Of a stretch of DNA of 64,000 nucleotides, positions 27,441 to 35,940 are shown piece after piece (within the stretch, counting starts at the first letter, position 1; each line of letters begins with the position of its first letter). This stretch comes from a virus. The notes beneath the pieces were generated by a model, which was given only the letters and a program-made list of their open reading frames with translations, made no database searches and was not told the DNA's origin. The position numbers were made by a program, and so were the translations under genes. Location: IMG/VR virus record IMGVR_UViG_3300028800_000074, positions 1 through 64,000 of that record. One strand, written 5' to 3'.

Positions 27441-29107
27441 ACACGCCCGGCTCCATCGCCGTCCTCAAGTTCATGACGGAGAACGACATCCCGCTCACCC
27501 GGGAGAACTTCGTCAACACGAACTGGGGCGGCAACCCGCCTCGCCCGTGGGACGCCGAGGCCGAAGAAGAGATACCACTGGAGCTGGCCGAGTTCGGCGA
27601 GCCGGAAGAGAACCGCGAGCTTCTGGAAGACCGTGGCGACCTCGCTGGCGACGACTGGGCCGTGATGGCATCCGGCAAGATCGTCGAAGTCCCCGCTGGC
27701 ACCAAGGCTGGCGACACAGCCCCGGACATCTGGGCCAAGGACGCCTTCGACCCGCAGGAGCCGCGCAAGGACGACGGCGAGTGGACGTCGGGAGGCGGGG
27801 GCGGCGGAGCGAAGGCTGAGAAGGAGCCGGTCGTCGACGTGCCCGCATATGAGTGGGCGAAGCGTCAGATCGACAAGCACACGAAGAACAGCAAGCTGCG
27901 CGCCAAGCAGCACGAGTGGATGGCGCGGCACAAGCAGAACGTCGACGCCTTCTTCAAGAAGAGCGACATCAAGGTCGCGCTCGACAAGGTCGCCAAGGAT
28001 GCGACATCGACCACGTCGTTCACCGTCGGCGCGGCGCTCAATAAGGGCGCGGACGTCGTCTCTGATGCGCTTCAGGACGCCTTGATCGCGGTGGCGGTCG
28101 GAGCTGGCGTCGCAGCCTTCGGCGTCGGAGGTTGGCAGGTCGCAGGATCGGCGGCGCTCGCTTACGCGGTCGAAGAGCTTGGCGACTGGCTCGGGCTCAC
28201 GCCGGAGAACGCGGTCAAGCTCATCAAGGCCGGAGTGCAGGAGATCGGGAAGGCGCTGAAGAAGCGCCCCCAGAAGGACGAGAACGACGACGGGATGTTC
28301 AGCCTTCTGTCGGCTCTCCCGTGGGATCACCCGGTCGACCCGAAGACGAACCCGTTCATCGAAGGCGAAGAGTTCGTGTCTCCGAACGTCAAGACTGGTC
28401 TCGATCTTCAGGACGCGATCAAGGAGACGACGTCGCCGCGCCACAAGACGATGATCAAGGCGGCGCGCGACATCAACAAGCTCATCGGCTTCGAGAGCGA
28501 AGAACACTCAGCGATTGGCGCTTGGCTCGACGGCGCAGAGAACAGCGTGATGTCTGTCACGCACGGCGCGACCATGGCTCAGCTCAGGACGGCGGCGGCG
28601 ATGGAGGGGGCGCTTGCAAACCAGCGCTCGGTGATGATCGTCAACGAGAACGTCGGCGGCAAGGGGCTGCTCTATCACTTCGACGTCAAGGGCGACGTTC
28701 AGTCGATCCACGACGGCTTGCTGGCGAGCGGCGTCGAGTTCCACACCATCGTTCCTTCCGCCGACGGCAAGTTCACGGTATATGTCGCCTCGGCTGATTC
28801 GTCACAACGAGAGTTCAAGGCGGTTCAGAAGGCGGCGGAGCGCTTCAATGCCAAAGTCGAGTACCACAGGGTCGACGCCGAACTCGTCGGATCGGACAAA
28901 GAAGACGGCACCGACGCCGAGCAGCGAGAAGACGCCCAGTCCCGTTACGGATCAATCATTGAAGGCGGCGGGGTTCAAGGAGCCAAAGCCATCTGGGGCC
29001 GGGTTTATTCTCGGTACAAGGCCGCCTTCGAAGACAGAGCCGTAAAGAAGCCTCGTGAAGAGAGGCCGCCGTGGCGGACGCAACAGGCTGAGGGGGCGAG
29101 AGCGTGA
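27437..29107 (+). CDS. multidomain head-associated (putative cargo) protein
   Basis: 556-aa ORF with AKDAFDPQEPRKDDGEWT tag, a hydrophobic central segment and a GAW..GAENS...NQRSV domain. Confidence 0.75.
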   Translation: MNTPGSIAVLKFMTENDIPLTRENFVNTNWGGNPPRPWDAEAEEEIPLELAEFGEPEENRELLEDRGDLAGDDWAVMASGKIVEVPAGTKAGDTAPDIWAKDAFDPQEPRKDDGEWTSGGGGGGAKAEKEPVVDVPAYEWAKRQIDKHTKNSKLRAKQHEWMARHKQNVDAFFKKSDIKVALDKVAKDATSTTSFTVGAALNKGADVVSDALQDALIAVAVGAGVAAFGVGGWQVAGSAALAYAVEELGDWLGLTPENAVKLIKAGVQEIGKALKKRPQKDENDDGMFSLLSALPWDHPVDPKTNPFIEGEEFVSPNVKTGLDLQDAIKETTSPRHKTMIKAARDINKLIGFESEEHSAIGAWLDGAENSVMSVTHGATMAQLRTAAAMEGALANQRSVMIVNENVGGKGLLYHFDVKGDVQSIHDGLLASGVEFHTIVPSADGKFTVYVASADSSQREFKAVQKAAERFNAKVEYHRVDAELVGSDKEDGTDAEQREDAQSRYGSIIEGGGVQGAKAIWGRVYSRYKAAFEDRAVKKPREERPPWRTQQAEGARA

Positions 29108-29313
29108 CGCTCGAAGAAGAGCTTTTCAAAAGAGCGCAGCTTGAGGCTGAGGCGGATCGCATCCTCAGCATCGGCATCGCGCATAATCGAAAGGTGCAGC
29201 GAAACGCCAAGCGCCTTAAGCACTGGACTGGGGGCCGCCTCACCACGGCCGAGATCAATCAGATGACGGCTGAGATGAGGGCGAGGGCTGGTGACGGCAA
29301 GGTTCTCGGGTAA
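29104..29313 (+). CDS. hypothetical protein
   Basis: GTGA-coupled 69-aa ORF. Confidence 0.55.
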   Translation: MTLEEELFKRAQLEAEADRILSIGIAHNRKVQRNAKRLKHWTGGRLTTAEINQMTAEMRARAGDGKVLG

Positions 29314-30214
29314 GTGGTGCGGGCAGCCTTACGGCAAGCCCAGCGTGCTGCTCACCCTTCCAAACCTCATGGGTCTCGACGCCAAGGCGTCAGGGAAGCC
29401 CGCTGGCGGCCGTCGGCCGTCCGTCGCGGTAGGCAGGCCCCTGCATCCGAACCTCGGTCTGGCGGCCTCCTATGGGGCGCGGCTGACCTCTCTGATCGAC
29501 GAGATGCACCGGAGCGTTATCTATTGGCTCAAGGCCGAGTATCGAGCTAACCCACCAGCGACCATGGCGTTCGACGATCTCGCATCGAAGACACTGGCCG
29601 AGACGATGAAGGGTTTGGCGAAGCGGTGGCTAGGACGCTTCGATGAAATGGCGGAGAGGCTGGCCCGTTATTTCGCCCAGTCCGTATCCAAGCGGACCGA
29701 CGACGCGCTCAGGAAGATTTTGAGCGACGGCGGCATGGCGCTCAGGGACTGGAAGACGACCGCCGCCCAGAAGGATGCGCTCGCGGCCATCGTCCACGAG
29801 AACGTGTCGCTGATCAAATCGATCCCGCGCGAGTATCTCGGCAAGGTCGAGCGCGACGTGATGCGGTCGGTCGCGGCCGGTCGAGACCTGAAGCAGCTCG
29901 AAGACGATCTTCAGGCACACTTCGGGGTGACCCGAGACAGGGCTAGGCTGATCGCGGTCGACCAGAACAACAAGGCGACGGCGATGCTGCGCCGCGTCCG
30001 CGCCGTCGAGGCGGGCACGTTCACATGGGAGTGGATGCACTCCAGCGCAGGCAAGACGCCGCGCCCGACGCATCTCGCGGCCGGACGTCGTGGCCAGCGG
30101 TTCGACATCCGAGAGGGATGGTTCGATCCGCATGAGGGCCGCAAGGTTCAGCCGGGCGAATTGATCCGGTGCCGATGTACTTGCCGACCGGTTTTCCCCG
30201 GCCTACCGTCCTGA
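29291..30214 (+). CDS. MuF / SPP1 gp7-like head morphogenesis protein
   Basis: ENVSLIKSIP, RARLIAVDQNNKA, WMHS...PRPTH, PGELIRCRC; true start may be downstream. Confidence 0.92.
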   Translation: MTARFSGKWCGQPYGKPSVLLTLPNLMGLDAKASGKPAGGRRPSVAVGRPLHPNLGLAASYGARLTSLIDEMHRSVIYWLKAEYRANPPATMAFDDLASKTLAETMKGLAKRWLGRFDEMAERLARYFAQSVSKRTDDALRKILSDGGMALRDWKTTAAQKDALAAIVHENVSLIKSIPREYLGKVERDVMRSVAAGRDLKQLEDDLQAHFGVTRDRARLIAVDQNNKATAMLRRVRAVEAGTFTWEWMHSSAGKTPRPTHLAAGRRGQRFDIREGWFDPHEGRKVQPGELIRCRCTCRPVFPGLPS

Positions 30215-30259
30215 AAGGTGATTCGGCGTTGCCGACACCACGTTGGAAGGAGAGAGCCA

Positions 30260-30646
30260 ATGCCGCGTGGAAAAGCGAAGATGCCGATGAGGCTGAGACA
30301 TCCGCCGACCCAGAACTATCACCGGGATGAGCCAGCGCCGCCGACGCACCGGCCTCCACCCAGCGCCGGGGCCGAAGGCAAGAGCACTGGACTTCACTCG
30401 GTCCAGTACGACTTCGATATTCGCGTAAGCGAACTGGTTCGCTTCAACGAGCGTCTTGAGCGCCTTCGCAACGAGTTGCTGGGGGTGGCGGACATGAGCG
30501 GCGAAGGACAGGAGCAGAAGCCCGAGCCGATGGGCATCCTCCCAAGGTCGCAAGCGTCGTGTGCTGCAATCGGGGGTCAGATCGTTCACGCGAACGACGT
30601 CCTTGATGACATTATGACCGCGTGCGGCGTCGTGGAGAATTATTGA
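30260..30646 (+). CDS. hypothetical protein
   Basis: AGGAGAGAG RBS before ATG 30260. Confidence 0.6.
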   Translation: MPRGKAKMPMRLRHPPTQNYHRDEPAPPTHRPPPSAGAEGKSTGLHSVQYDFDIRVSELVRFNERLERLRNELLGVADMSGEGQEQKPEPMGILPRSQASCAAIGGQIVHANDVLDDIMTACGVVENY

Positions 30647-30657
30647 AGGGTTTCGAC

Positions 30658-30774
30658 ATGAAACTGGCGCTCGCGGTCTTCTTCATCTTCACGCTCGCAG
30701 GCTGCGCGGCCGGTCCGGGCTCGACGCAGAACTGCTTTCTGTCTCCGGGGCAGCAGGGCTGCTTCACGCCGTGA
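30658..30774 (+). CDS. small lipoprotein (38 aa)
   Basis: Read by hand: MKLALAVFFIFTLAGC has an LAGC lipobox, followed by a Cys pair. Confidence 0.65.
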   Translation: MKLALAVFFIFTLAGCAAGPGSTQNCFLSPGQQGCFTP

Positions 30775-30974
30775 CGACGCCAGACTTCGATGAGCGCCAG
30801 TTCCTGCTCAACATCTACTCCGGGCCGCGCGTCAGTCTGGAGTGGGTCAATGACTTCGAGTCGGCGCGGGCCCGCGCCGACGCTCTTCTTCGTGCTGGCG
30901 GGGTTGATCGCGTTGTCGTTCATGGGCCGGACGTCGCTGGCCCGTTCGAGGCCCGGACCCCCTACCATGGCTGA
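30771..30974 (+). CDS. hypothetical protein
   Basis: GTGA-coupled 67-aa ORF. Confidence 0.55.
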   Translation: MTTPDFDERQFLLNIYSGPRVSLEWVNDFESARARADALLRAGGVDRVVVHGPDVAGPFEARTPYHG

Positions 30975-31236
30975 GACTGAGCAGCCGCTGATCGGCACCT
31001 TCTGCGAGACGTACAGGATCAAGAACGCGACGAGCGAGATCGGCGGCTTCTGGCGTATCGGCATGTTCTTCTGCGATGCGCAGGACGCCGCGACGGCCGA
31101 GAAGGTGGCGAAGTACAAGGCGATGCAGAAGCACGGCCTCATGCCCTATTTTCTGTCGACGGCGAGGGTGATCCCGTTCGGGTTGCCTGACCCCGGCCAA
31201 GCGCTGCGCAAGAAGGTCGAGAAGAAAACCAAATGA
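30967..31236 (+). CDS. hypothetical protein
   Basis: MAETEQPLIG.. overlaps both neighbours. Confidence 0.55.
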   Translation: MAETEQPLIGTFCETYRIKNATSEIGGFWRIGMFFCDAQDAATAEKVAKYKAMQKHGLMPYFLSTARVIPFGLPDPGQALRKKVEKKTK

Positions 31237-31430
31237 GCCGGAAGCTGGCGGTCCTGTTCGACCTCTTGGAAACCGTGGTCATCGACAAACAGGTTGAGGC
31301 GAAGATCGTCGAGATCACGGCCCTCCCAGCTCAGAACGGTGAGGTCCGCATCCTCTACCACGTCGAATGGTTCAACAACGGCGCGCTCCTTTCAGCGAAC
31401 ATCGACGAGGACAGGCTGACCGCGAAATGA
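31233..31430 (+). CDS. hypothetical protein
   Basis: 65-aa coupled ORF, Y.VEWF motif. Confidence 0.6.
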   Translation: MSRKLAVLFDLLETVVIDKQVEAKIVEITALPAQNGEVRILYHVEWFNNGALLSANIDEDRLTAK

Positions 31431-31696
31431 GCTTCGGCTGGCGCAAGGCTTTACGCGAAATGTTCGGTCTCAAGTCGCCGGATGATGCCCGGTCCGAGCA
31501 GTCCCAGCCGAAGCTCTTCGCCGATGGGACATGGGCTCCAAGGGTCTTCACGAGGGTGTGGAGGTCGTCGAACGGGAACACGACGCTTATTCTCAACTTC
31601 GACGAAGACCCGAACCGAGATGGGTGGAACTGGGGCCGACCGTGGACGAGGCTGACCGAGATCGCGCCCGGCATGTTTCGAGGCGATGATCGATGA
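31427..31696 (+). CDS. hypothetical protein
   Basis: ATGA-coupled MSFGWRKALREMFG. Confidence 0.55.
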   Translation: MSFGWRKALREMFGLKSPDDARSEQSQPKLFADGTWAPRVFTRVWRSSNGNTTLILNFDEDPNRDGWNWGRPWTRLTEIAPGMFRGDDR

Positions 31697-31938
31697 TTCG
31701 TCCTGCCTGCTACATCTGCCTGCAAGAGCTTCCAGAGAGCTTCACCTTCACGAAGGGCGAGCCGCCGCCGCGTGACGCTTGGTACTGGACGAACGTAACG
31801 CCAGACGCCTCACCGCCTCCGTTTGGTAGTGGGCCCGTGATGCGACCGGTGCATGACCGGTGCAAGCCGCTGCCTACGCTAGTCGCCAGTGCGAGAACGG
31901 TGGCGGGGGATCGCGGGGCTCAGGGGCTGGCGGAGTAG
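31693..31938 (+). CDS. hypothetical Zn-finger-like protein
   Basis: CYIC...HDRC. Confidence 0.55.
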   Translation: MIRPACYICLQELPESFTFTKGEPPPRDAWYWTNVTPDASPPPFGSGPVMRPVHDRCKPLPTLVASARTVAGDRGAQGLAE

Positions 31939-32173
31939 CACCAATGGCCTTGCGCGCGATTGCCGTGATTTCCATGATCGCCGCTATGTCCGCCTGAACC
32001 AAGCGCGGACTGAGAAGGAGTTGCAATTCGATTGATGCGATGCGCTGCTCTACCGCTTGGTTGTTTGTCATCGGGCTCTCTCTTTCGCTCAATGGCCAAA
32101 GATAATCGGACTACGTCCGAGCCGGATAGTTGTCACCCCTCGGAAACTACTCAAACGTCGCCACGGAGCTTGT

Positions 32174-32525
32174 GATGTCTCTCAGCCCGCTCGTCGCGCT
32201 CTTGGTGTTGCTGGCCGCGTCTTCAGCTCACGCCGAGAGCTACTGCGGGAAGCCTGAGAACGATGCGGTTCTCAAGCTCATCCCAGACGCCAAGATCGAG
32301 ACGCTCACGAAGAGCCAGTTCTACTACGCGCTCGGCATCTGGAACGGACAACCTCCGATTGGGCGTGGACCGGACGACGTGGACGGCGCTGAGATCGTGA
32401 CAAGCCCGGACGGCAAGAGAGCAGCGGTCTTGTTCACGCTGGGGCCGCTGTTGTGTGGAGGGATTGCTCCGGCTCCGCCTCAGGTCATCGAGATGATCCG
32501 AAAGATTGATGGAGGGGAGCTGTGA
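32174..32525 (+). CDS. secreted hypothetical protein
   Basis: Signal peptide MSLSPLVALLVLLAASSAHA; Cys pair; GGAG RBS. Confidence 0.7.
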
Positions 32526-32899
32526 TCCGCTGGGCCGTCGCGTTCTTGCTTCTTGCGTCGCCTGCCGTTGCGCATACGAACTGCGACGGGTCGAGCGCGA
32601 GCAAGGTCCAAGGGTGCTGCGGTCCGGAAGACTCGCTCCATGTGAGTCCCGGCGACGTGAGCCGCGACGGCGACGTCTGGTACGTCAAGATCGATGGCGC
32701 GATGCACGCGCTGATCAACGGAGCTGGCAACCCCATCCAGCTCATGCCGCAGGACGATCAGGGCCACGGCTCCTGCTACACGGTCTGGTACCGGCGCGAG
32801 GTCACGAAGGGCAGCAGCTCTTTCGATCCCAACAATACGCACGGCGGAAGCGGTGATGTGTACCACTTCTACTGCTTCCAAGGACCATACACCTTTTAA
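32522..32899 (+). CDS. secreted Cys-rich hypothetical protein
   Basis: Signal peptide ending PAVA; GCCGPED...YCF. Confidence 0.7.
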   Translation: MIRWAVAFLLLASPAVAHTNCDGSSASKVQGCCGPEDSLHVSPGDVSRDGDVWYVKIDGAMHALINGAGNPIQLMPQDDQGHGSCYTVWYRREVTKGSSSFDPNNTHGGSGDVYHFYCFQGPYTF

Positions 32900-32937
32900 G
32901 ACCTTCTGAAGGAGAGAGCAGAAGTGGACACACGACA

Positions 32938-33402
32938 GTGAAGAACGACGAAGAATGGGTTTCGCTGAACCCGCCTAGGGGTGGACGAGCTCCGTCCCTG
33001 CCTCCTGACTGGATCAGGGTGTCGATGAACATCGCTGATGCAGGGAACGAGGCCTTCATCCGCTTCGGTGGAAGGTGGGCCGCGTGGGCGCTCAAGGCGA
33101 AGAGCATCGCCGTCATGCTCGGCGGCACGAAGCTCAACAAGCTCAAGCTCACGCCAGATGAGAACGGTTTCCGCGTAAGCAAGGGCAACCCGAAGAGCGT
33201 CACGGCGGTTGTCCGGCTACGCCACGTAGGCCAGTGGCCACGCGAAGAGCGTCCGCTCACCTTCGCCGAGGTCAAGGTGCTCGACGACGGTTCGCTCATC
33301 ATCTTCCTCCCCGAGACGTTCGGGCAGAAGAAGATCGTCGCCGCGATGGCGGGTCGCCCGGCAATCCCGGCCGGAGCCATGGGCGGTGGAAACAGGCGGT
33401 GA
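32938..33402 (+). CDS. hypothetical protein
   Basis: 154-aa ORF. Confidence 0.6.
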   Translation: MKNDEEWVSLNPPRGGRAPSLPPDWIRVSMNIADAGNEAFIRFGGRWAAWALKAKSIAVMLGGTKLNKLKLTPDENGFRVSKGNPKSVTAVVRLRHVGQWPREERPLTFAEVKVLDDGSLIIFLPETFGQKKIVAAMAGRPAIPAGAMGGGNRR

Positions 33403-33605
33403 GCCTAGCTGACCGCTATATCGGCGAGGACGGAGGTCCGCCTACCGGCAAGCCGAAGAAGCGGTTGCCGAAGTCCGATATTGACAACCTGATCAACAAG
33501 GTCTTTCGAGGCTTCAACATCGGGGCGTCCATCTCGGATCGATTCGAGGCGCACGACGCGATGGCGAAGCTAGCCAAGGTCTTGAGAAACGAACATGTCG
33601 CCTGA
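33399..33605 (+). CDS. hypothetical protein
   Basis: GTGA-coupled VSLADRYIGEDGGPP. Confidence 0.5.
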   Translation: MSLADRYIGEDGGPPTGKPKKRLPKSDIDNLINKVFRGFNIGASISDRFEAHDAMAKLAKVLRNEHVA

Positions 33606-33882
33606 GCACACACCGGCTCGACCCTCGAAGTGCTGCCCCGCTCTATCCCGTCGCCTCATGGGCGCGGTCGGGTTTCATGCCTACCCCATGATGAACGCCT
33701 ACGCCGGATGGTTCGAGCCGATCTCTGGGCGGATCAACGTCGAGTGGCTCTCGCCGGAAGAGGTTAAGGTCCGGCACGATAAGCTCGTAGCAGAGGGTCA
33801 GAAGCGGACCTTCCAGATGGTCAACGGCATCGTCGTGGAGGCCAACGTCGACGATCTCAATGCAATCTCGGAGCGCGTGTGA
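33595..33882 (+). CDS. hypothetical protein
   Basis: 95-aa ORF in tight operon. Confidence 0.55.
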   Translation: MSPEHTPARPSKCCPALSRRLMGAVGFHAYPMMNAYAGWFEPISGRINVEWLSPEEVKVRHDKLVAEGQKRTFQMVNGIVVEANVDDLNAISERV

Positions 33883-34100
33883 TGGCTGACCCCGTGGTGA
33901 CCCTCGTGCAGGGCGACAAGGTCTCCGACAAAGAGCGCGCCGAGTGGCACAAGCAGAACATCGCCAAGGCGGCAGAGACGCTCTTCGCCGCCATGGACCT
34001 CGCGGTCAGCGAGGACTTCGTCATCAACTTCCAGCCCACCATAAACATAGCGATCAAAAAGCACATGATCGCGGTGCTGGGCGTCGGGAGGATGTGGTGA
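33879..34100 (+). CDS. hypothetical protein
   Basis: 73-aa coupled ORF. Confidence 0.6.
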   Translation: MMADPVVTLVQGDKVSDKERAEWHKQNIAKAAETLFAAMDLAVSEDFVINFQPTINIAIKKHMIAVLGVGRMW

Positions 34101-34396
34101 CGGCGATTGGCGGATGGGACATCGTCCACGAGTGCGATGACGGCTATCACGTCGTCTGGCTCCTGAGCAACGACAAGGGCGAAGAGCTGGCGCACGCCGA
34201 GGGCTTCCGGCGCGGGGAGAACGGCGGGTACGTCTGGTACCCCTACGCGATGGACCCGAGCGACCCCGAGCATCTGATCCGTCTCGGTCCGTCGGCGCAC
34301 AGCGACATCGAACTCGTGAAGAAACAGTGCGAGGCAGTCATCGAGGGGTCCAAGAGCCCTTACGCGGACAGCGTCGCCTACGTGATCGGAGGTTGA
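34097..34396 (+). CDS. hypothetical protein
   Basis: GGAGG RBS, GTGA coupling; VTAIGGWDIVHECDDG. Confidence 0.55.
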   Translation: MTAIGGWDIVHECDDGYHVVWLLSNDKGEELAHAEGFRRGENGGYVWYPYAMDPSDPEHLIRLGPSAHSDIELVKKQCEAVIEGSKSPYADSVAYVIGG

Positions 34397-34399
34397 GGC

Positions 34400-35107
34400 G
34401 TGGGCAGCAACGGCAAACTCGGCATGGACGCTTGGAAGAAGGCGTTCGCGAAGGACTGCTGGATGAAGGGCGCGAAGGACGACAACGAGTCCATGGCGGC
34501 CGAGCAGGACGACAGCGGCGGCATGACCGGCGACGTCCCCGGCTTCGAGACCTCGCATGTGCCAACCTTCAGCCCCGAGGACTTCGAGCGCTTGGGCGCA
34601 CGGAAGGCCAAGGGCAACGACGACGCCTATCGCGGATGGACGCCCGGTGGCGGTGCGCCACAGCCGATCACGACCAGATCAACTCCGGCAGCGCCTAAGC
34701 GCCCGGAGTACCGTGGGTGGACCCCGGGTGGTGGCGCACCGATGTCGAAGGACGGCATCGTGAGCGGCATCAAGAGCGCGGCGAAGTCGGCGTTCGCGGC
34801 AGCGAGGAAGCCTTACCCGTCGTCAACTCCGGGCGACCCGTTTCACCTTCCGAGCGCGACGCCGAAGAACGGCTTCTCGATGCGGAACGGTCGCGGCGCT
34901 CATGACTCGCCGACCGACAAGACGCCCGATCAACCGTCCGGCTTCGACAAGGGCGGCATGGTGCGCGGCATGGATTACCTGAAGAAGGGCCAGAGGCGTC
35001 TCGGCAAGGCTGGCGCGATGGACGTCATCCTGAAGACGAAGCGCCCCAGTAGTGGCGTCAGCACTTCGCTCCGGCACGAAGTAGAGGACTTGCAGGACTC
35101 GGTGTGA
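34400..35107 (+). CDS. low-complexity protein with many x-x-D motifs (putative internal head polyprotein)
   Basis: GMD, AKD (x2), SKD, AHD, GMD, AMD motifs; YRGWTPGGGAP twice. Confidence 0.7.
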   Translation: MGSNGKLGMDAWKKAFAKDCWMKGAKDDNESMAAEQDDSGGMTGDVPGFETSHVPTFSPEDFERLGARKAKGNDDAYRGWTPGGGAPQPITTRSTPAAPKRPEYRGWTPGGGAPMSKDGIVSGIKSAAKSAFAAARKPYPSSTPGDPFHLPSATPKNGFSMRNGRGAHDSPTDKTPDQPSGFDKGGMVRGMDYLKKGQRRLGKAGAMDVILKTKRPSSGVSTSLRHEVEDLQDSV

Positions 35108-35129
35108 GTCCTGAAGCGAGGAGAGAGAG

Positions 35130-35369
35130 ATGCTGAATCACATCGAAGTCAACGACCGCCTTACCCGCCTTGAGCGCTTCGTCGCCGAGATCGGCTCGCA
35201 CATCTCGTCGGACAGTATTTCGCCAGAGCTGGAGCAGTTCGTCGCGGCCGATCAGGCGAGGATCGACAAGGAGCGTGAAGAGCAGTCGGCGAATGAGCCC
35301 GGCGAGGCCCACGACGGCGGCCCGATGCCGCCCGAGGGCGACGGCACCGACCCTGACGCGCCTCGTTGA
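35130..35369 (+). CDS. hypothetical acidic protein
   Basis: GAGGAGAGAG RBS; 79 aa. Confidence 0.65.
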   Translation: MLNHIEVNDRLTRLERFVAEIGSHISSDSISPELEQFVAADQARIDKEREEQSANEPGEAHDGGPMPPEGDGTDPDAPR

Positions 35370-35460
35370 CGATCAGGCACGTCTGCGCCTTCTGTTCGAC
35401 GAATAACGCGATGCAGATGGGCTCGACCGCGACCAAGAACGGGCGGACCGGCGTCGTGAA

Positions 35461-35682
35461 GTGGTGGAACTTGCTCCACTGCATCAAGTGCCGCCGCTCG
35501 TATCGGATCGGTCGAACATGAACTGGGCGCTCGCTCACTTGCGCCATAAGATGCGCGTCAAGGGCTATGGCCTCGTTCGAGACCGGCGCAGATGGCGGAA
35601 CGAGCGCAATCACTGGCGCGTGCGGCGACAGATGATGTCGCTCTTCGAGGCGGCGGGATTTTTCGAGGCCGAGAGCCAATGA
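35461..35682 (+). CDS. hypothetical basic protein
   Basis: 73-aa ORF coupled to the next gene. Confidence 0.45.
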   Translation: MVELAPLHQVPPLVSDRSNMNWALAHLRHKMRVKGYGLVRDRRRWRNERNHWRVRRQMMSLFEAAGFFEAESQ

Positions 35683-35921
35683 GCTTCAATGTTCAAGGAT
35701 GGTCGAAGTGCTTCTCGCATGATTGCTGGAAGCCGAAGACTGCCGCGAAGGACGATTGGGGCGACTATCATCGGGTCGGTGGGATGAACTTCCCGACCGC
35801 GAAGACGGCCGAGCGCATCGATCACGCTGGTCTCAATAAGGAGACGCGCACTCCCGGGAACATGCGCGAAGACGAAGGTCTCGGCCAGTCCATCAGGGAC
35901 GACCGGGACATGAGCTGGTAA
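35679..35921 (+). CDS. small protein sharing its N-terminal motif with the 34400 ORF
   Basis: WSKCFSHDCWKPKTAAKDD versus WKKAFAKDCWMKGAKDD. Confidence 0.65.
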   Translation: MSFNVQGWSKCFSHDCWKPKTAAKDDWGDYHRVGGMNFPTAKTAERIDHAGLNKETRTPGNMREDEGLGQSIRDDRDMSW

Positions 35922-35940
35922 CCGCAGCTCTCCCTTTCAG

